This document shows positions 48,749-60,934 of a stretch of 64,000 bases of DNA, one piece after another. Below the pieces are notes generated by a model. That model was not told the origin of the DNA, searched no databases, and was given only the letters and a program-made list of their open reading frames with translations. A program made the translations under genes and the position numbers. Position 1 is the first letter of the stretch. Each line of letters opens with the position of its first letter. The DNA comes from Psilocybe cubensis (lineage: Eukaryota): the NCBI GenBank assembly GCA_017499595.2, contig CM039005.1:1550001-1614000 (forward strand), given 5' to 3'.

Positions 48749-49064
48749 TCACTATCAGCTTAGTCAGTAAAGCAAATTGCGTTGAAGTATTTGGTTTTGT
48801 ATGATCTACCTTGTGGGCTAAGAGAAATGCTTCAAATTCGATCCCAATTACGCTTGATTAAATTGCTTTCTGAACTCTTGAACCGTGACAAAGTGCTATC
48901 GTGAACCAGTTCACAAAATCCGATATATTATCTATGAAACCATATCTTATCAGGAACACGGTGAAGCTTTGTTGCGTCGTCGAATCCATTGCGAATTCAA
49001 ACATTTAGATTGTCATCTGCCCATTGAATAAATACACGGCTGGCGCCGATTCATCTGCCACACG

Positions 49065-50145
49065 TTACCATGGAAGGGTACCACCATCTACGTTCATGAA
49101 CGCCCCTCCATTCTCCTCCCGTGTTGAATTGTCAATGATTTTCAATAATGAGGCTGCCACTTCTGTGGCTGGCGGCAATCCGTATCCCCGTGTCTTAATC
49201 AGATTCTGATATTCTCCGCCATTATCAACAGAGACGGTGAAATCAACTGAAAAATCAAGGAGGTTACATCCTGGCTCTAGTTCTCAAACCACAAATGACA
49301 CGCACACATATCGGTATCTATTTCTCCTGGTGACAAGGGGAACGCAACTGCATTGGTTGAAGAATTTTATTGAAATTTTGCATACATTGAAAGAACTTCG
49401 GACTCACTAATCCATTCATTCTCGAAATGAATTTTACGTGCTATCCAGTTCAATGTAGCCTTGGTAGAAGCATATATCACACTTCCAATCGGGAATTCGA
49501 TAATGGGCCCACTGAGACTGCCTCCAGGACTACTGATGGGAATGAAGCGAGGATTTGTGCTTCGCTTCAGTAGTTTGTACACAGCACCAAATAGGACCAT
49601 AGGGCCTACTACATTGACCTATTATGCAGTTTTGGTCAAAAATTCCGATTCATAGGTAGCATTACTCACTCTAAAATGTTCTTCCATATCTTTAACGGCA
49701 ACCTCATGAACAGAAGCTGCAGCACCCAACAGCGCTGCAGAGAGACCATGAACGTCATCCTCTATAACCGATCAACAGAAGTTGAAGTAAGCGATACCTG
49801 CGTTAGCAATCACGGTATCAACCCGTCCGTGTCGTTCCTCGATTTCCTTTGCCATCGTTGAGTTGCTCTTTACATCAGCTGAAACACACTCTACGATCGC
49901 AAGCCTGTCGAAGTATTTTTCTTTCAACTCGTGAAGTGCAACCGCCTTGGCCGGGTCCCGGACAGCAGCATAGACAAAAGCATTCTCGTGTGTACGAAGA
50001 ATATGCCCAACGAGACTGAATCCTAGGACAGAAAATGTTTGGCAAATAAATCCTGCTGAGCTTGGTGAGTGGACGAAAACTGCATACCTAGTCCACGAGG
50101 ACGGTTAGCACCTGTTACAAGATAAACAACGATATCTGAGGACAT
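49065..50145 (-). CDS. Short-chain dehydrogenase/reductase (NAD(P)-binding Rossmann fold)
   Basis: YLVTGANRPRGLG, DTVIANA, VNVVGP, catalytic YASTK, PGEIDTD, C-terminal MNVDGGTLPW. Confidence 0.9.
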
Positions 50146-50805
50146 GGCTATTGTGGCGACGTGGCCGTTTTTAATCCGCAAAGCATTGCTGAACTTCATG
50201 GTGCTTTTATACTACCGATCTCGGTCCTATCTTGTCTTCTCATGACGCCACTTGATAGGAGGAGATTCTGTTTGACTCAGGAATCAGACTACCAGTAAAG
50301 TTCCCTCAGAATACACCGATAACCTAGGGGTTCATAGCGCTTGATTGAGCCGATCCCAAAACATTTTTGTGGAGATGTCTATCTCGATTTCGGTCGGCAA
50401 GATGAACGTTCAGCAAAAGCTTGGTGCCGCAGACGCGTATTCCTTTCCTTATTTGCGGCAGTGCCTCGAAAGCCCGGAACGACCGGTTGAGCGGCTTCAG
50501 ATTCGTGACCTATAGGTTATCAATCAGACCCAAATGGAGCATACAAACGGATGGTGAGCGACGAAAATAATAAAGTCCTTTAAAGTGGAGTGTGTCATTT
50601 CGTTGAGGCAGCAAAATTTTATCATCTTCCAACATACTATAGCTGCCTTGGGGCCCATCCGACGACGATGGAGCACTGCATGCATTGTCGATGGTAACCA
50701 CCGTTTGATGTTTTCTGTTCATATTAACGTGAAGAATTACATCACCGTGATGATAAGTATCCCAAATCGTCATACACCTAGAAAAAGCAATAGACGAAAT
50801 AGTCA

Positions 50806-52957
50806 TTAAAATACCCAAAGCTCGTTTACGAAGTCCCGTTGTGCATTTCCCGCGAGTCGGTCTTCCTCTGAATCTTGCAATTCATTCTCTTCTCCTCCAA
50901 AAACCTTGCTACTAGTTTCCATTGCTAAAGCTGGCTCTCGTTTGATTTTTCTATTAATCTCAGTCTCAAACAACTACAAGGCTCTGTTAGATACTGCAAA
51001 GACCGTCAGACATGCGGAAACGCACGGTGTTATATGTGTGATCCAAAAAGTCTTCCATTGTATAACCGGGTTTTGTGAAAGCTTCGGAGAAAATCTTACA
51101 CATAGTCGACACGGGGGCGTGATAATGTGAGCTGTGGGATATCAGTTCCCATAAAGAGCTGCTGAGGGCATTGGTCAGCATAGGATTCGTTTCATCCGGC
51201 AAGAAGGGATCTATGCATATATTAGTAAGGATAGATCTATAGAGTTGAGTCATTACCATTAGAATCGTCAACATCGGCTCGATGAATCATCACCATCAAA
51301 GCGGGATGTTTCTTGAGCATATTGTACGTAAATGGTATCACCATGACTATCGCAGCTGGAGGCGCAGTGATTGACAAGCGAGACAATTTTTTCACAAAAG
51401 ATGCTAGCAAAGCAGAAGGAAGATGGCTGAAAATGATAGTGAGGGGAAAACATCAAGTGGGAAAATCCGTCAACATACGTTGAGCTCAGGAATAGTTCCG
51501 TCAGCCTAAAAAAACGGGAGCGGTGCTTAAGATGCAGAACATCGCGATCAAGAAATGCATATAGTCGAGTATAAAATGATGGATAATCGCTGCAAAGTGT
51601 TAGCTGTGGCTCACGAATAGGTTACGGTAAAGGTTCACGTACAGGTTATATTCTTTAATAAGCACAAACAGTGCGTTCAATGCTAGGAGACCAACGGATC
51701 CCCCAATGTCCACACAGGCGCCGATCCAATCCATAACTAGCACAGGTCTTGTCAAGTGTGGCATAACGCTGCGATGCATAAGGTTTAAAGCTCTAGTGGC
51801 CAAAGCCTTGTTTTTTTCAATGTTCCCAGGAACAGCCAGGCGAGGTAACAGTGTGAGCCATGCTCGCGTAAATACAGCGCGGTGTGAAGACAGCGAATGC
51901 AAGGACTGATGTATAGTCATCATATGCAAACGCTGACCGGAACCCTTCTTGCCATCCACCGCCAATGGCTCATCTTCGAAGAACTTCCGCCAATCGTCAT
52001 TTTCTTCTTCTTCCCCAGTCTTTGGTGACGCTTCATCGTCCGATGACATTTCGGCATTGATAGATGACTTTTTGGATGCTTTGGGTTTCGGTGGTTTTGC
52101 CGAGAACTCCGCCACCCACCAAGCATTTAACTCGCTTTCTTCGGTCGGGAAAGTAGAAAGTCGTTCGAGAATGGATAGAAGATTCACAGGAACATTGGGA
52201 TAATCATTTGTGGGATGATTTGAAAGCAACGTTCTGGAAAAAATGTAAGAAGACAACGGTATGGCACAAAATTTGACGTACGCGGAATCACGGAGGAAAA
52301 ACCATCGAACATCATCGTGGACGCTAAACCATGTATCATAGAATAGGTTTAAGACATCTACATCAATTAACCCGCCCGCGGCTTTCGTGCTAGATGATGT
52401 CCTCTTCGATGTTGGGCATAGAAGGAGAGAAGAGACAATTTTTCTGAAATGGGAAGCATGGAATTGGGGTTGGGGTTTCGTAGGATGGGATGATTTTGTG
52501 TAAGATGTAGATAGATGCTTGAGTAGTGAGAACATTATCTGTAATGCTGAAGTCTAAAAAACGTTAAACTTATCATCTCCCTGACATAGCTTGGCTTGCT
52601 TACGCGCAAGAACTTCTCGTCGTCTTGCAAAAGGCTCCCCAGAAAGTCGGTGTACGATTGCAAGCGCTCCCAGATCCATGCTTTAACCACTTTTGCTGCT
52701 TCGTCTCCACCAACATCGAGCTTTTTATTCGAGATAATCACAACAAACACTCTATACAGAGCGTATATTGCTTTCGAGGTATCGTGGGGGTCTTCCACAT
52801 CGTATGCCAGAGCTAACAGGTCCGCAAGTGGATTCAGAGACAAATTCTTGCCTACTGCTTCCGTTATTTCTTCTTCTAATTGCTTTATTCTAGAGCCATA
52901 TTCTTCTTTGTGGGTTTTTCTCTTCTTTGAAGGCGGCGGTAGAGAATGAGGAGCCAT
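50806..52957 (-). CDS. NOC4: Nucleolar complex protein 4 (CBF/Mak21 family)
   Basis: DDVRWFFL, NLDYPSFYTRLYAFLD, FLSSTH, ASFVKRLSRL, ALSSSLWEL..H..HYH, MEDFLDHTY. Confidence 0.93.
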
Positions 52958-53723
52958 GTTGAGATGGATGGTGACTTCAGGGATGACAGGGTTAATTTTC
53001 TATTTTCGGCCATATCAAAAATTTGCCGAGGGCGTGCTTGCTTGTGTTTGGCAATAGGCATGATCTCGGACCGATTAGCCATGCGGCACACCAACTTAGG
53101 CGCTTATAATTACTTGTTCCCACAATTCCGTCTGGCTTTATAAAGGATCTGGAGTTCGAAAATAGGATTGTAATCCACAATTCACCAGGCAATCAGTATT
53201 TCTGACAATGTGGCATACTACGACTTTGGTGAGATCGGCGATCTCATAACTCCGAAATTGTGTCACCCAAATGTCACCTGTGCTTCTGAGGCGCCGCCGA
53301 GGGCGGCATGGCTATTCCATCTTCGGCATTTCGGCATTTTATTTGTACCATTCTTAATTGGGTGTCACTACAATCGTATCGTGTGATAAACTCACCACAC
53401 AGCATCCGAGTACTGCTAGAAACTCCCGCTCTGCCTACTATCCAGCTAATAATATTTGCATTATCTAGAAACGTTTTCTGCATTCATTCTGTCCGCCATT
53501 TGCAACATATTTCAGCGCGTAAATGATGCTATCTCGGCGTTTCATTTTCCGCTAGCATTCCTTTGTTGCTGGGGCTGACGTCGCGATGCAAAGATTGCTC
53601 GAATGGAGACGAGTTAACCAAAACCATGTGAGTAAAGCAACCTAATCTTCATGTCTGGGAGATAAATGAAAAGGTATAAATCACTTGAACGAGGTTTCTT
53701 CAGATTGCAGACACACCTTTAGA

Positions 53724-54950
53724 ATGGCCACTGTGCTACCGGGAAAAATCTCAAAGCACGTCTTCGAAAAAGCGTTTCCAGCCACTCTCAAAGATACTGG
53801 TAACGTCCATCAAGACTGGGTGGTCACCTTCAAAGCAATCATACAAAAATTTGTGCGAGACCTCGACTACCAACCAGAAGACCCTATTACAGACGACAAT
53901 TCGACGTATAGAGCTGTACGATCCGAGTTTTTAATGAAGTACGACAATGGAAATGAATGGTTCGACCAAATGTACCGCACTGCGGTTACTATGGGAGAGG
54001 TAATTTGGACTTTTTTTTACAGCAAATTCCTTGAATCTACCTGACATGCGGATTAATTTATAGCTTCCCTACCGTGATCATGCACCAGAAATTCGACTGG
54101 AAGTTGCTCGATTTACTTGGTAAATACTGTGGTATCTCTTCTTAATGTTGTTATTGAGTATACTTGGCCATTTTCAGCTTTCTACTTCATGTAGATGATC
54201 TCGGGAATGATTTTAACACTCTTGACGGTCTCCAGATGAGAATTCTTATGGGCGAAAACTCTGAGGGAGATTTTCTGCAAGCATTTCGACAACATCTCAT
54301 TGGGTTTTACAAGCTCTATGATCCTATTCCTGCAAATTCAATAACACTATCAGCTATCGACTGTATCAGCGGCATGCTACTGGAACAAGATGATTCCGTT
54401 CGCGAAATGAAGCTTTCGGGCAGTTCAAAGTCATGGCCCAACTATTTGCGTAGAAAGACGGGTTGTGCCGAAGCCTATGCATTTATGCTCTTCCCGAAGG
54501 CCCTAGACGTTGATCTGGCTGATTACATTTCGATCATCGAGGATATTTCTTTTTTTACAAATGCTGTGAATGATATTCTATCGTGAGTTTGTAATTCATA
54601 ACGTTGTTTGTTGCTCATATTCAATTTGGGTTCAACGGTGCCAGATTTTATAAAGAATTTCTCGGTGGTGAGACTGATACCTATGTATTCTTGCGTGCCC
54701 GGATTTCCAACAAGCCGCTCGATGAGACACTGCGACTTGTGGTTGATGAAACTATCGAGGCATATGCCAGAGTCACAAAAGCCCTGCAGTTTACAAAAGC
54801 ATTCAAGACGTGGAAACGATATGTCAATGGGTATCTGTAAGTTCTTTTGTTATTTAATTGTCGTGTTTGGAATCAATGACTGATGTTTTTCCTTCAAGCG
54901 GTTTTCACTTTACCTTGGCACGTTATCGCCTAAACGAACTAGGATTATGA
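53724..54950 (+). CDS. Trichodiene-synthase-like (Cop6-type) terpene synthase, copy 1
   Basis: Five exons; HVDDLG acidic motif, YLRRKTG, NDILSFYKE (NSE/DTE), C-terminal RYRL; TATAAA at 53675-53680. Confidence 0.9.
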
Positions 54951-55912
54951 TACAAATGACAATTGAAAGTTCCACATCCATACCTTGGCAAATCAACGTA
55001 ATGTGAATGACTTGTAGTACGCGTCAGATTGTCACAGGCATTTGGTAGAGTTTCTATTTTCAAATAGGTGATCGAGGAGTAAACAGACGTTTAGAAAAGT
55101 CGTTGGTTATGGCTGCCGGACAATACCCAATTTTTACAAGTGCGCGTTTACATGCTTCGTAGTACCGGGCCGATCGCTATATTCCGAATCCTTGTGTACG
55201 GACTCACGGCCCTGTTTCTCCTTTTCTTGCCGTGGAAGTTCCAGCTTCGTGAAATTATGATTCGTGTACCTTTCTTTCAGCTTTAAGTATTAATCATGAA
55301 TCCGAACTTTTCGTCGACAAGAGGTTACAAGTGGACAATTGTATTGCTTCTACCATCGATACCCCAGCTTCGACACTAACAAAGGCTTACGGTATACCGA
55401 TTCTGTCGTATCTCAGGAAGAACGGAGTTAGTGCAATGAACGGGCATTTACGGTCAATTCACAGTGGGTGCAAGTAAGATGCATCATGTTTGACTAGATT
55501 GGACTATCATTCCTCAAGCATGACACCCTTGCAAACGTTGTATTTAAAGAAAGCAATTCTGGTTGTTTGTTCTGCTGCATTACTTTTTCAAGCCTTCTTT
55601 GAAGCATAGTTTATTTTCCGTTGTGGCGGACGATATGTCAGAGAGTTGTACGTCACGGATGCGCATCTACAGAAAGTATTGAAGCTTTTTATACCATAAA
55701 ACACGTTCAACGTATGTTTCATCAGTGGAGTAGGTTCCCTTTATTATAATAGCATGATGATTATCACTTGGAGTTCAGGACACAGTCAGGTCACTCTGAA
55801 AGACCAAATTCGCTCAAGCCTGCTTCTAGAGTACCTTGGCCTCGTCAATACTAGACTACAAAGGTATAAAAGCTCGTCAGAAAGTATTAAGATCCTTCAG
55901 CAAATGATCAAC

Positions 55913-57134
55913 ATGGCCGCCGTTGTTCTTCCAGAAACCGAAATTCAACAAACTTATTTTCAGTCTCCTCTGACCCTTATACGAGACGAGTTCGATGGAG
56001 GAAAGAACAACTGGGTGGACACGTTCAAAGAGATTATCACAAAATTTGTGAAGGATCTTGATTACCGACCAGAAGAGCCCATCACAGAGGACAACCCAAC
56101 CTACAGAGCTTTACGATCTGAGTTTTTGATGAAGTACGACAACGGAAACGAATTTTATGACCAAATGTATCGGACGGCAGTGACCATGGCAGAGGTAATG
56201 TTCATTTTATCCATCCATCCTGCATCAAACCTGACGAACTTCTCTGCGTAGCTCTCATACCGTGATCATGCGCCAGAAATTCGGTTGGAAATAGCTCGAT
56301 TCACTTGGTAAGGAATGGTATAGCTGTCGTAGAACTCCTTTGCTCATAACATGGTTATTCTCAGCTTTTTACTTCATGTTGACGACCTTGGGAAGAGCTT
56401 CAATACTCTTGAGGGTCTCCAAAAGAGGATTCTCATGGGTGATAACTCTGATGGAGAATTTCTACAGGCATTCCGGAAAAACCTCATCGGATTCTATGAT
56501 CTTTACGATCCGATTCCAGCCAATTCAATCACACTAGCAGCCATCAGCTGTATCAGCGGAATGCTACTTGAGCAAAATGACGCCGTTCGAGGTATGAAGC
56601 TCTCCGAGAGCTCAAAGTCCTGGCCCAACTATTTGCGTAGCAAGACTGGCTGCTCAGAGTCCTACGCCTACATGCTCTTTCCAAAGTCCCTGGGTCTTGA
56701 AATGACCACCTATATATCTGTCATGGAGGATATCGTTTTTATAACCAATGCTGCCAATGATATTTTGTCGTGAGTCACCACTTACTTGCATTGTAAGAAA
56801 CCACGCCGTGACATTTAAATCTACCCAGATTTTACAAAGAATTTCTCGGTGGGGAAACCGATACATATATCTTCTTGCGAGCACGAATCACCAATAAACC
56901 ACTCGTCGAAACGTTACAGCTTGTTGTTAAAGAAACATTAGAGGCAAACGACAGGGTCACGAAAACTCTGCAATCCACAGACGCTTATGGCTTATGGAAG
57001 CAATATGTGAACGGGTACCTGTACGTCTTGCATGAATTGTGTTTCGATTTGATAGCTAATGGACAACCTTCTAATAAAGCGGGCTTCATTTTACTGTTGG
57101 GGTGCGGTATCGGCTGAACGAACTTGAACTTTAA
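55913..57134 (+). CDS. Trichodiene-synthase-like terpene synthase, copy 2
   Basis: Same exon plan; HVDDLG, YLRSKTG, NDILSFYKE, RYRL; TATAAAA at 55865-55871; alternative ATG at 55904. Confidence 0.9.
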
Positions 57135-57853
57135 ATAATGTCGAATTCCATTTGGGTTCAGACCACCAAAATCGACAAATGAGTAGCTTCATCGAATAGA
57201 AAACAATGAGATATCCGAGCACCCTTGTATTAGTGCATACGCCCTAGATATATATGTTGATGAAAGATAGGCGCCCAATCAAATATGGCTTTTGTGTTGC
57301 TTACAACATCGAAGTCGAAACTTTCCCTCAAGAAAGCGGCTTGAAGTATAGCGGACATTTTAAAAAACGTAATTTGAATTACATTTGAAGCTGCGGATAT
57401 CATTTGGTGTTGTCATTTATGTCAGTTTCGGGAAAGCTTTTTCCTATGCGATTCTAATTATGTATACTTTAATACCGGAATCGTGCACTGGCAGAATTTC
57501 CCCAGATACCGTGTCGTTTCCAGCAATAGCAAGGCAAAAAGTGATGCCTGAACAGTCAGTCGCGGACAAAATAAACTAGGTAAGATGAAGCCACTGCGTG
57601 TAAGGTCCATAAAAACCACTCGATGTGGACTGAAAATACTTATATATTATATTATTCCAGAAAGCAGAATCAAGGAATGGGAAACCACTGATCCGAACTG
57701 GCCGTCTTCGTAGCGTTTCATAAACAGTATCATCTTCATTAACGTACCTCTTTGATTCTTACCTAGCGTTTTTCCCTAGAGTTAATGATGTGAAATCCTT
57801 TAAATACGTCAGGTCTTATCACTCAAACAATTATCAACTCCAACTGACACTAC

Positions 57854-59001
57854 ATGGACACTACATCTAACACTCAGCATCAATGGCAACTGACACTAAA
57901 AAAAATTATAACCAAGTTCATTCAAGACCTCGAATACCAGCCAATAGATCCAATACCAGATTCAAATGCCACCTATCAAGCAGTCAAATTGGAGTTTTCG
58001 ACCCGATATGATAACGGCCAGGAATGGTATCACCAGACGTATCGGACTGCAGTCACTATGGCAGAGGTGTGTTATACAGACGTGACCCAAATCGAATTAA
58101 AGTCGAAAGTGGAAACATAGCTTTCTTACCCTGACCACACCCCCGAAATTCGAATGGAAATCGCTCGACTCACCTGGTAAGAGCCGTTTCCTCCTTGGAC
58201 AGTTCGCAGGGATAACTCAACGCACTTCAAAAATTATCAGCTTCTTACTTCACGTAGACGACCTCGGAAAGGAGTTCAGCTCGCTGGAAAACCTCCAGCT
58301 GAATATCCTCTTGGGAGACAGCACAGAGGGTGCTTTCAATGAGGCATTCCGAAAACACCTTATCGGGTTTTACCAATTTTATGACCCAATCCCCGCCAAC
58401 GCGATCACCTTATCCGCCATGGACTGCATTAACGGCATGCTACTTGAGCAAAGAGACGCTATCCGTGATATCAAGCTTTCCGACTCGGCGCGCTCGTGGC
58501 CAAACTATCTGCGCAACAAGACGGGGTGCTCGGAGGCATATGCGTTCATGCTCTTTCCCAAGGCAATAAAACTTGACCTTAAGTGTGTACATAACGGTCA
58601 TAGACGATATCGTATTTTTCATAAATACTGTAAATGACATATTATCGTGCGTGCATTTATGGACTCCAATCAACAACAATACTCACCTCAGATTACGTTT
58701 TGCCAGATTTTACAAAGAATACCTCGGAGGGGAAAGAGATACATACGTCTTCTTGCGTGCTCGCATCGCCGACAAGCCATTGAATGAGACGCTACGAGAT
58801 GTAGTATCTGAGTCGTTAGCTGCACATGCAAGGGTCTCAAAGGCCTTACAGCATACATGTGCAATTTCGACCTGGAAGCAGTTTGTCAATGGATACCTGT
58901 AAGCAGCCCATAAGCTTTCATCTAATTCCCCAACTGATTTTGTATGTAGTGGATTTCATTTTACACTGGCGCGCTACCGCCTGAGTGAACTCGGATTCTA
59001 G
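57854..59001 (+). pseudogene. Trichodiene-synthase-like terpene synthase, copy 3, with a +1 frameshift
   Basis: Same exon plan and motifs, but one extra base near 58578-58582 separates PKAIKLDL from SVYITVIDDIVFFINTVNDILS, giving a stop at 58635-58637 before the NSE motif is read. Could be an assembly error. Confidence 0.7.
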
Positions 59002-59190
59002 TGATAGTTAGACAATTTTGAAGTCCCTTGAGCTGCAATACCTGATCATCCATCCATACTTGCCGCGGCGCAAGGATACAGCAGAGTGAAATGCAGAAAA
59101 ACGCTCGGATATAAATAACTGATCATTCTACATTGATCATTTTCGAGTACAGTTTTGCAAAAGACCTGGGATTACTTCTGCATGAAGTCA

Positions 59191-60176
59191 TTATTTTCTG
59201 CCGAGGCGACGGTTACCGATGCTCGACAGAGCCTGTTTTCCAGCAAAGACAGTAGGAATTGTGAGAATGGCTCCGTAAAGAAGGACCTGCCCGAGCTTTA
59301 AGCCAATCCAATATCTGAAAAGGAGAACTTCGAAAGCGCCAAGAGAGACAATGAATGGTAGGATACTTGGTGAGAATGTGCGCGAAGGTGTGGGGGCGAC
59401 TTGAGACCACTGTGAAGGAAATAATTGATTGCAGTTCGATTGGAATAAATGTAATGAGCGTACCAAAGCCAACAGTATTGCCCAGGGTGCCAAAACTACA
59501 CCAGTTGCCACAGCTGAGATGAATTTGGGTGGCAATTTGTTTTCGGGGCGGAAGGTGTGCTTAATTTCTGGCAACGGGTGGAATGTGGATTCAAGAGGAT
59601 GCTCAGGTGCAACTTGAGAACGAGGTAGAACCAGGTCAAAAAGCTCAGCGGAGAGTGGATCGTGTAGAGAAGAACCGATGAGAAGAGTAACCTTCAAAGG
59701 GTCACCATTCGGGGTAGGTGGCAACGAAAGAGGGGGCTTCGATAGGTTCTATAACCAACAATTTAGCATTGTATAATGAGTTATATGTAGTTCAACCTCA
59801 CAAGGTCGAACTTGGCCTTTCCTCCTGGCGTGACGCGTATTGGCAGAATTCCTTCTTCGTTCGTCTTTTCGTCATAGAGTCGAAGGAAAGTCTGATGGGG
59901 TTGCACGCCCTTTCCATCCTTGTCCACAACTTGGAAAGTGATCCTCAATGTATCCTTTCCCGATATTTGGACCGGCGTCGCGACCTTCTGTGAAAGTGAG
60001 AGGCTATTGAAGGTTGAATCAGTTCCTCGTATGTCCAACGTATTCATTGACACGCACGGCTCTGAGCGCAATTGAGAACCCGTTGAATCTGAGACTATCA
60101 AGCGAGGGGATTGAAGGGTCAAGACGGAAGCCTGGGCCGTAAGCGCCAGCAATAAAGCTGGGAGTAGTGAGAACAT
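59191..60176 (-). CDS. SWP1: Oligosaccharyltransferase subunit ribophorin II / delta
   Basis: Signal peptide, QPHQTFLRL, FHPLPEIKHTFRPENKLPP, three C-terminal TM segments, LFRYWIGLKL. Confidence 0.92.
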
Positions 60177-60479
60177 GGCGATCAGAAGAAAGTGGTGAAT
60201 GTGAAATGGGAGATCCAGTCGACGTGTTGCGACACGACAGTCCCGTGAGAGTGCAATTGGTTCCGCGGCACATTTATTTGGCTGTCACTTCCAAGCCAAA
60301 TAAGTACGCACAGCCGAACTCGGTTACTGTGCCGTCGCTTATCCTTAGCTATGGGCTTTTATGATTCTGAATCGTCGATTCGATCTATTCTTTCGCCCTT
60401 GAGAGTTACAGCGTCCACTGGTAACTTAACAGAGCCAGGTAGACGAAATCCAACGGAAAGGACTATGCAAGTGGACATC

Positions 60480-60561
60480 GTCTCGATAGCTAAGTGGTAT
60501 AGCATGCGATTGCAGCTCAGCTTATATCGCAGGGTCCGGTGTTCGAACCACCGTCGGGACT
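60480..60561 (+). tRNA. tRNA-Cys (GCA) with a 10-nt intron
   Basis: Acceptor stem GTCTCGA/TCGGGAC, D arm GCT...AGC with GG, anticodon stem TGCGA/TCGCA, anticodon GCA at 60512-60514, intron 60516-60525 after position 37, T arm CGGTG-TTCGAAC-CACCG, discriminator U, T-runs downstream. Confidence 0.93.
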
Positions 60562-60934
60562 TCGACGTGTTCATCATTTTGCCCCACCTCCTTTTTTGAT
60601 CATCTCTGCAAGCCGTGGACCGCTTCTGGCAGTATTAGAGGTAAAAGAGAGTGACTTTATTGATGTGATCCCTCAAGGAACTCATGGAGGGAAGTTCTAT
60701 GATTTAATGGTCCAAGCGCCATATTTCTGTGGTGAATGTTGTTCACTCAGAGGCTGTTTTGTTCCATAGAAAATATATACGTCTCATTGATGAGTGAAGG
60801 TGCAAGGGTAATGATTAGATCAAATTCTGATATTATAGTCCAAAGAAACAAATGACAACTTCAGCAGCCAATATACTCGAGTTCACGATAGAGACAAAAA
60901 GAACATCGGACAAAACTTAGTATAAGGTGAGCTC

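Noticed and set aside
43074-48914. GTGAAC...GTTCAC palindromes downstream of both GH47 genes (43074-43090, 48901-48914)
   Set aside because: Short, with different spacers and distances; chance cannot be excluded.
9225-59001. One biosynthetic cluster joining the P450 pair with the terpene synthase triplet (Cop6 plus two P450s style)
   Set aside because: About 39 kb and many housekeeping genes separate them; nothing in the sequence links them without co-expression or synteny data.
40282-60176. Glycosylation cluster (two GH47 genes, GPI-type protein, SWP1)
   Set aside because: The GH47 pair is explained by local duplication; SWP1 is over 10 kb away with unrelated genes between.
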